This document shows positions 58,273 through 64,000 of a stretch of 64,000 nt of DNA, in pieces. Made by a program: the position numbers and the translations under genes. Position 1 is the stretch's first letter. Every line of letters starts with the position of its first letter. A model generated the notes under the pieces. It made no database searches. It was not told where the DNA came from and worked only from the letters and a program-made list of their open reading frames with translations. Source of the DNA: Candidatus Algichlamydia australiensis (GTDB taxonomy: Bacteria; Chlamydiota; Chlamydiia; Chlamydiales; JAJFMI01); assembly GCA_033977065.1 (NCBI GenBank), contig JAXCHI010000003.1:128001-192000 (forward strand), given 5' to 3'.

Positions 58273-58598
58273 GGAAACCCTGAACAAGTCATGCACCGAT
58301 TCCACGGCCGAGAAATCCTAGAAAAGATTATGAACCTATCCAACTAAAGCTGCTTTTGAAATTTTTTCTCAGTTTTGAGAAGGATTTTGGGATCTTTTTG
58401 AAAACAACTTAATTAAGTTGTTTGAAAAAATAGCTCAAAATCCAGCCAAAAATGTGGAAAAAGGCAAAAGCATGTTTAGTTGGATAGGTTCATCTTCAAC
58501 CTCCAATAACTGTACACAGTTACTTGCGGTCTCCAAATAACCTTTTTTAGAATTTTCAGCTCGTGCCATCGGCACAGCACTTATTCAGTCTCTCCCTA
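58270..58598. repeat. Family A element interrupted by a family B element
   Basis: TAGGGAAACCCTGAACAAGT ... ACTTATTCAGTCTCTCCCTA ends; the two halves align with 30752..30915. Confidence 0.85.
58330..58493. mobile_element. Palindromic miniature element family B, copy 1 (MITE-like)
   Basis: Perfect terminal inverted repeat ATGAACCTATCCAACTAAA; central palindrome AAACAACTTAATTAAGTTGTTT; one mismatch to 62122..62285. Confidence 0.92.
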
Positions 58599-58630
58599 AG
58601 AGAGTGTCTTCGAATGACCAAAGATGAGAC

Positions 58631-58659
58631 TTGACTCAAGCTCCTAACACTCTCACAAT
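58631..58659 (+). promoter_or_regulatory. Promoter of pbp2
   Basis: TTGACT-N17-CACAAT. Confidence 0.55.
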
Positions 58660-58665
58660 AGGTTT

Positions 58666-61629
58666 GTGAGAAAGAACGTTCCCCAAAAAGCTACCTCCGT
58701 ATTGCACTTCTTCATTGTGTTGCTGGTTCTTATTGGGGTGCGTGTTGGGCATCTAACCCTCTTTAAGCACGATGAGTACGAAGAGCGCGCCCGCAAACCC
58801 CAACGGCGCGAAGTCATGCAAGCTGCACATCGGGGAAGCATCTGTGATCGCTTTGGCAAACCCCTTGCGATCAATCAACAAGAGTACCAAATAGCAATCC
58901 TCTATGATGCGATTCGCGCTATCCCGAGAGTTAAATGGGATCGCTCCGGCAAAAAACCGAAAAAGCAGTTTGCAAGACGCGATTACATAGAACAACTTTC
59001 GAAATTACTGGGTGATACTTTAAATCAGGATCCCCTCGATATCGAAGATCGCATCTACTCTTACGCCGCTCTCTTTCCCTCCCGCCCCTACCTCCTTCAG
59101 GGAAACCTCTCCGAATCTCTCTACTACCGGTTAAAAGCTTTAGAAAGAGAATACCCCGGAATTCATATGCAAAGAATTCCCAAACGCTACTACCCAGGGG
59201 GCCCTGTAGGTTGTGATGTCATTGGCTACATGGGCGCCATTAACCGCCCTCGTCTCTTTGCCATTACTCATGAGATCAAAGAGCTCAAAACTTTTCTGAA
59301 AGAGCGCGAAGAGGGACTTACTCCCCCCCTCCCCAAAAACTTTACTAGCGTAAAAGAAGTTTGCCAACGCATCAGTGAACTTGAAGAGCGCGCCTATTCA
59401 CAAAACAGTTTTATTGGACGTAGCGGAGCAGAGGGAAGATTTGAGGAGGCTCTACGTGGCCGCGTAGGACAGACAGACTTTGAAGTGGACCGCGAAGGCC
59501 GCTATATTCGCAAACTTCCTGGAGAAGTGGAAGCAGATGCAGGGGAAAGGATCTCTCTTTCCCTATCTGCTGACCTGCAAGAGTACGCAGAAAAACTTCT
59601 AGCTTACAGTGAGGCTGTGCGAGAGGAGCGCTTTGTAAGCGCTGGAAAGCAGCACGCAAAAGTGCCAGCGCCCTGGATCAAAGGAGGCGCCATCATTGCC
59701 ATGATCCCCACAACAGGAGAAGTAGTAGCGCTTGCCTCGTACCCTCGCTATGATCCCAATGACTTCATTCAAAAAAACACTCCTAACATTCACAAATGGT
59801 TAGAGAGTCCTACTTATACAGCACAAATATGGAATGGAGAGAGAGATTTGGAGCGCGAGTTTTATTCCATGAAAAAAAAGGAGTATTACACGCAAAGTCG
59901 CAAGATGACCTGGGAGTTCTTTTTAGAACGCGTATTCTCAACAAAGAGTCCTCTGAAGGAAAAAATTCTCTCCCTTACCACCATGCAAGAAGTCTTTGAA
60001 CTGCAAGAAAAAGAGGAGATCCCTCTCCTCTCTCTTCTTGTCAAAAAAGAGGAGATTTCAGAGGAGCTGCGCAGCGCTCTTTCTCTCCTATCCCCCTCCG
60101 AATACCGGGCGCTCTGCCAAATAAAAGTTTGCCTTGAAAAGCAAGCCAAAGAGGCGGCAAAAAAAGAGTTCCACATAAAGGAATTTCGCAACTGGCGAGA
60201 TGAGCACTTTGCAGCTTACCTCAAAGAGAAGCGCGCCATCGAAAAAGAGAATAAACAAGTCGAGCGCCCCTTCCTAGACTATTTGAAAAGTAAAGAGCGG
60301 AGTCTTTTTTCTGCTTTTTGGGAAGAAAACAAAATAAAACTTCTTCTTCAATATCTTAGCCATACAGAGGAGGCGAAGGCGCAGCAACTTCTGCAGCATT
60401 TGCAATCACTTCCTGAAGACCTTCAAAAAGAATCATTACAAGCCATGCGCTCTTTTGAAGAACTTCCATCAAATCTACAAAAGTTGGCTGGACACTTTGC
60501 CAAACAGCCTTTTGGCTATTTGAGCTCGTACGGCATCCACCAGGCGACTCCCCAAGGGTCTATTTTTAAACTTGTCACTGCCTATGAGGCAATGCGTCAG
60601 CAACTTCTTGCGCGTAAAGAGGTCAATCCTCTTACCCTTATCGATGACTATCGGCCCTACCAAAAAACGCAGCGCGGCCCAGTTCTTGGATTTACAACAA
60701 AAGGTGAAAAAATCACGCGACGCTACCGTGGAGGTACACTCCCTCGCTCACGTCTAAACATAGGGCGTATCGATATTGAGAGTGCTATCGAACGTTCAAG
60801 CAACCTCTACTTTTCTCTACTTGCTGGAGATATTCTTAAAGAGCCAACAGACTTGATCGCTGCAGCAAAAGAGTTTGGTTTTGGCAAACGCACCGGCATC
60901 GAGCTCCCAGGAGAGTACAGAGGCATTTTACCGCGCGATTTGCGTGATAACCGCACAGGTCTTTACTCCCTTGCCATTGGACAGCACACCCTCTCTGTTA
61001 CTCCCATTCAAACCGCGCAGATGCTCTCTACCATTGCCAACGGAGGCCAACTCCTTAAACCGCAAATCATTTATAGTCGTAAAGGAGAGAAAAAAGAGAA
61101 CCGACCCTTCACTGCACAAAACTATCTCTACCAAGAAGAGCTCCAAAATATTGGTATTACCTTTCCTCTCTTTACCCAAACAAGCTCAGAGAAAACGATC
61201 CCTTACCTTATCAAAAGCCAGCCTGAAATCAAACATGAGCTCTACATGCCAGAAGCCTTGCAAAAAACCCTTCTTAAAGGGATGGCAAACGTTGTTCAAG
61301 GAGAGAAGGGCTCGGCACGTCCCAGCCGTATTCGCACACTCTACGAGCACGCTCCTTTCCTTCGAAATTATCTCGCCCTAAAACACCAGCTCGCTGGAAA
61401 AACATCAACTGCAGAATTTATCTACAGACCGACTTTAGACCGTGAAGAGGCTTTGAAATGCAAAGACATCTGGTTTGGAGGAATTTCTTATAACCCTGAC
61501 TTTGATCATCCAGAACTTGTTGTTGTAGTCTATCTACGCTTTGGCGATTATGGGAAGGAGGCTGCTCCTTTAGCTTCTGAAATTATTCAGAAGTGGAGAG
61601 AGTTGCAAAAGAGCGCACCACTTCTTTAA
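58666..61629 (+). CDS. mrdA: Penicillin-binding protein 2 (chlamydial long form)
   Basis: N-terminal TM; RGSICDRFG, RYYP, G.SG.E motifs; transpeptidase motifs GSIFK (SxxK), SSN (SxN), IGQ, GKTSTAE. Confidence 0.9.
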   Translation: MRKNVPQKATSVLHFFIVLLVLIGVRVGHLTLFKHDEYEERARKPQRREVMQAAHRGSICDRFGKPLAINQQEYQIAILYDAIRAIPRVKWDRSGKKPKKQFARRDYIEQLSKLLGDTLNQDPLDIEDRIYSYAALFPSRPYLLQGNLSESLYYRLKALEREYPGIHMQRIPKRYYPGGPVGCDVIGYMGAINRPRLFAITHEIKELKTFLKEREEGLTPPLPKNFTSVKEVCQRISELEERAYSQNSFIGRSGAEGRFEEALRGRVGQTDFEVDREGRYIRKLPGEVEADAGERISLSLSADLQEYAEKLLAYSEAVREERFVSAGKQHAKVPAPWIKGGAIIAMIPTTGEVVALASYPRYDPNDFIQKNTPNIHKWLESPTYTAQIWNGERDLEREFYSMKKKEYYTQSRKMTWEFFLERVFSTKSPLKEKILSLTTMQEVFELQEKEEIPLLSLLVKKEEISEELRSALSLLSPSEYRALCQIKVCLEKQAKEAAKKEFHIKEFRNWRDEHFAAYLKEKRAIEKENKQVERPFLDYLKSKERSLFSAFWEENKIKLLLQYLSHTEEAKAQQLLQHLQSLPEDLQKESLQAMRSFEELPSNLQKLAGHFAKQPFGYLSSYGIHQATPQGSIFKLVTAYEAMRQQLLARKEVNPLTLIDDYRPYQKTQRGPVLGFTTKGEKITRRYRGGTLPRSRLNIGRIDIESAIERSSNLYFSLLAGDILKEPTDLIAAAKEFGFGKRTGIELPGEYRGILPRDLRDNRTGLYSLAIGQHTLSVTPIQTAQMLSTIANGGQLLKPQIIYSRKGEKKENRPFTAQNYLYQEELQNIGITFPLFTQTSSEKTIPYLIKSQPEIKHELYMPEALQKTLLKGMANVVQGEKGSARPSRIRTLYEHAPFLRNYLALKHQLAGKTSTAEFIYRPTLDREEALKCKDIWFGGISYNPDFDHPELVVVVYLRFGDYGKEAAPLASEIIQKWRELQKSAPLL

Positions 61630-61990
61630 AATAGGTACGTTCATTTTTTGATCTACAAGATAAAGCACTTCCTCCATAACTGCAGACTATTCCGAAAATT
61701 TCAGATCTTTCAGAAGTGGAGAGAACTGAAAAAAGGCGTAGCACTTCTTTGAAATAAATATGTCTCATTTTCTTAAGCTGCCTAATGCATCGAGAATGAT
61801 ATTGATCAAAACCTTCAGGAAGTTCCTTAGGTGAAAGACGGGCTTTTACTTCTTGGCAACGTTCAATTCTTTGAGCTAACAAATCTATAGATTTAAGTAC
61901 TCTTTCCGTAACTGTAGAACGTTTTAAAAATTTTACATCTGAAGGGGTTAGTAACAAAGGTATTGTTCTGTTTGAAATCCCGCGTGGCAT
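61583..61990 (-). CDS. Hypothetical protein
   Basis: 135-aa ORF filling the gap, overlapping the pbp2 3' end; no recognised motif. Confidence 0.5.
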   Translation of the reverse strand: MPRGISNRTIPLLLTPSDVKFLKRSTVTERVLKSIDLLAQRIERCQEVKARLSPKELPEGFDQYHSRCIRQLKKMRHIYFKEVLRLFSVLSTSERSEIFGIVCSYGGSALSCRSKNERTYFKEVVRSFATLSTSE

Positions 61991-62121
61991 AATGTATCAA
62001 TCGAGTTTTGTTTTTGATTAGAATGAATCTTAATACACTTCAAATTTAAAAGGGAAGCTATTTTATTCTTTTCTTATTAGCTCTCTATTTTTTAGTGATA
62101 AAAAACCTCTGTAAACGAGGG

Positions 62122-62285
62122 ATGAACCTATCCAAATAAAGCTGCTTTTGAAATTTTTTCTCAGTTTTGAGAAGGATTTTGGGATCTTTTTGAAAACAAC
62201 TTAATTAAGTTGTTTGAAAAAATAGCTCAAAATCCAGCCAAAAATGTGGAAAAAGGCAAAAGCATGTTTAGTTGGATAGGTTCAT
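62122..62285. mobile_element. Palindromic miniature element family B, copy 2
   Basis: 164 bp; differs from 58330..58493 at one base; AT at both ends. Confidence 0.92.
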
Positions 62286-62335
62286 GTTAGAGAACTTGAG
62301 TTGATTAGAAGTATAAGCACGCGCATGGTAAAATA

Positions 62336-63301
62336 ATGGCAGATATGGCCATAAAGAAAAAAAGAGTTTTTATTACCGGAATTGCTGGGTTTATTGGTAT
62401 GCATACCGCTCTAGCATTGCAGGCACGCGGCGATGAAGTCTTCGGCTGCGATAACTTTAACTCTTCTTACGATCCTGCTCTAAAATTTGCACGCAAAGAA
62501 AAACTTCAAGAGGCAGGAATTGCAGTTTTCCAAAAAGACATTCATGATTTAGAGAGCCTCAACAACTGCACCCACCTTGTTCACCTAGCTGCGCAGCCTG
62601 GCGTACGCTACTCTGTACAACACCCCGAACAAGTGATGAGTGCAAATATGAATGGTCTCATTCACATACTTGAGCTCTTAAAAAATTCCGGAGCAGAGCT
62701 GATCTTCGCCTCTTCTTCTTCTGTTTATGGACAGAATGAAAAAGTCCCCTTTGCAGAATCTGACGTAACAATCCACCCCTCCTCTCTCTACGCCGCCACC
62801 AAAATGGCGGGCGAGCTCATCTGCCATAGCTACCACCACCTCTATAAAATTCCCATGCGTTTGCTGCGCTTTTTCACCGTCTATGGTCCGTGGGGTAGAC
62901 CCGACATGGCCTACTATCTCTTTGCTGACGCGATTGCAACCAACCAACCAATTCAAGTATTTAATCATGGGAAAATGGAGCGCGACTTCACCTACATCGA
63001 CGATATTGTTCAAGGTATTCTAGCGTCTATTGACGCCAACTTTGCTTTTGAAGTCTTTAACCTGGGAAACTCACACACAGAAACTTTAAGCACTTTCATC
63101 TCATTGATCGAAGAGAAGATGGGAAAGAGAGCTGAAAAAAACATGTTACCCATGCAGAAGGGCGATGTGACACGCACCTTTGCCGACATTTCCAAAGCAG
63201 AAAAATTATTGGGATTTTCGCCAAAAGTCCCACTTGATGAAGGTCTTGATCACTTCGTGAACTGGTTCAATGCGCAGACAACCCTTTCGCGCTCCTCTTG
63301 A
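62336..63301 (+). CDS. NAD-dependent epimerase, UDP-glucuronate 4-epimerase type
   Basis: TGIAGFIG, HLAAQPGVRYS, ASSSSVYG, YAATK, RFFTVYGPWGRPDMA and RDFTYIDD motifs. Confidence 0.9.
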   Translation: MADMAIKKKRVFITGIAGFIGMHTALALQARGDEVFGCDNFNSSYDPALKFARKEKLQEAGIAVFQKDIHDLESLNNCTHLVHLAAQPGVRYSVQHPEQVMSANMNGLIHILELLKNSGAELIFASSSSVYGQNEKVPFAESDVTIHPSSLYAATKMAGELICHSYHHLYKIPMRLLRFFTVYGPWGRPDMAYYLFADAIATNQPIQVFNHGKMERDFTYIDDIVQGILASIDANFAFEVFNLGNSHTETLSTFISLIEEKMGKRAEKNMLPMQKGDVTRTFADISKAEKLLGFSPKVPLDEGLDHFVNWFNAQTTLSRSS

Positions 63302-63957
63302 GAAAGCTTCGCTCTTTTTAGCTCCGCGCAAATCTTTTCTAATAGGCGAATCTGACTCTCTTTGCTTCCCTTGCGTTTATCACCGCGCTTGAGAGGAAAC
63401 GCTTTTTGAATCTTTTCGATCATTACACGCGGTTTTTCACCCGCATACGCCTCAACAATCTCAGCTTTTTGCTCCACCTCACCTTTACGCGATGCCAAAA
63501 CATAAGCCGCCTTCAGCGGCAAAGCCTTAAACTTTTCCTTTAAAGTGTCGTCGGGAAGAGCCTCATGCAACTCATAGTAACTTAAAATATTATACGCTGT
63601 GCGTTTTGAACCAAAAGTTTTAATAAGCCAATCCGTGAACGTACTCTTGCCATCACCATAACGTCGCAAAATCTCGCGCGCCTTGGTCAAACGCTCACCA
63701 ATGAGAATCAAACCCTGCTTATTGATCGAGCGTACCTCAGCAGTGATGTTTTGCACTCTTGCTATATCGCGCTTAACCTCAAAAGCAGAAATATTTTCAG
63801 CCCCCTCCAAAAGAAGAGCTTCAATCTCTTGCGCCTCCTTTTCAGAAAGCGTTGACAAGTTAAAAACAGAAGAAAAACTATTGACTTGCGGGAGTAAATT
63901 CAAATTCCCCTTTTTAGGAGCACTTTTTTTAAAAAAAGCAGACGCTTGACTAGACAT
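63250..63957 (-). CDS. CT583 / pGP6-D family protein
   Basis: ITAEVRSINKQG.ILIGER, F..WL...FG..RTAYN.L.YYE and AYVLASR motifs of the chlamydial family. Confidence 0.88.
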   Translation of the reverse strand: MSSQASAFFKKSAPKKGNLNLLPQVNSFSSVFNLSTLSEKEAQEIEALLLEGAENISAFEVKRDIARVQNITAEVRSINKQGLILIGERLTKAREILRRYGDGKSTFTDWLIKTFGSKRTAYNILSYYELHEALPDDTLKEKFKALPLKAAYVLASRKGEVEQKAEIVEAYAGEKPRVMIEKIQKAFPLKRGDKRKGSKESQIRLLEKICAELKRAKLSQEERERVVCALNQFTK

Positions 63958-64000
63958 GAACACCTACTTCAATTCGCGATAAAAACTCCTCTCCAAGCTG
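63950..64000 (-). CDS. 3' end of a probable ParA/MinD (CT582-like) gene, truncated by the window edge
   Basis: Frame reads QLGEEFLSRIEVGVHV* and overlaps the CT583-like start; the ParA call rests on chlamydial gene order only. Confidence 0.45.
   Translation of the reverse strand, partial: QLGEEFLSRIEVGVHV

Noticed and set aside
58330..58493. Element B as an in-frame coding insert (net 162 bp)
   Set aside because: Stop codons occur in all six frames, and both copies are intergenic.

Overview
Chromosomal segment of an environmental Chlamydiae bacterium. The assignment rests on the chlamydial sctJ-K-L-R-S-T type III secretion operon, a CT583/pGP6-D gene, mcsA-mcsB and Lpg1974/MOMP-like porins. 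Housekeeping blocks are sufBCDS, rmlCDB-kdsB, pgeF, gabD, an ispD-SDR fusion, rpsB-tsf-frr, three tRNAs, pbp2 and a UDP-sugar epimerase. Accessory content: (i) four tandem porin paralogues; (ii) two tandem ~650-aa orphan paralogues with a conserved GHYC motif, possibly NEL-like E3 ligase effectors; (iii) two tandem giant (3739 and 3808 aa) DUF3638-like SF2 helicase-fold proteins between tRNA-Gly and pbp2; (iv) a frameshifted AAA-ATPase/PD-(D/E)XK gene preceded by a 55-bp-period palindromic array; (v) several distinct families of ~160-300 bp palindromic miniature elements. These elements nest inside each other, show both filled and empty target sites within the window (CTAG and AT duplications) and carry compensatory base changes. 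pyrH is absent from the rpsB-tsf-frr operon. No transposase, integrase, reverse transcriptase or cas gene is visible. All calls come from reading the sequence by eye; no searches were run.
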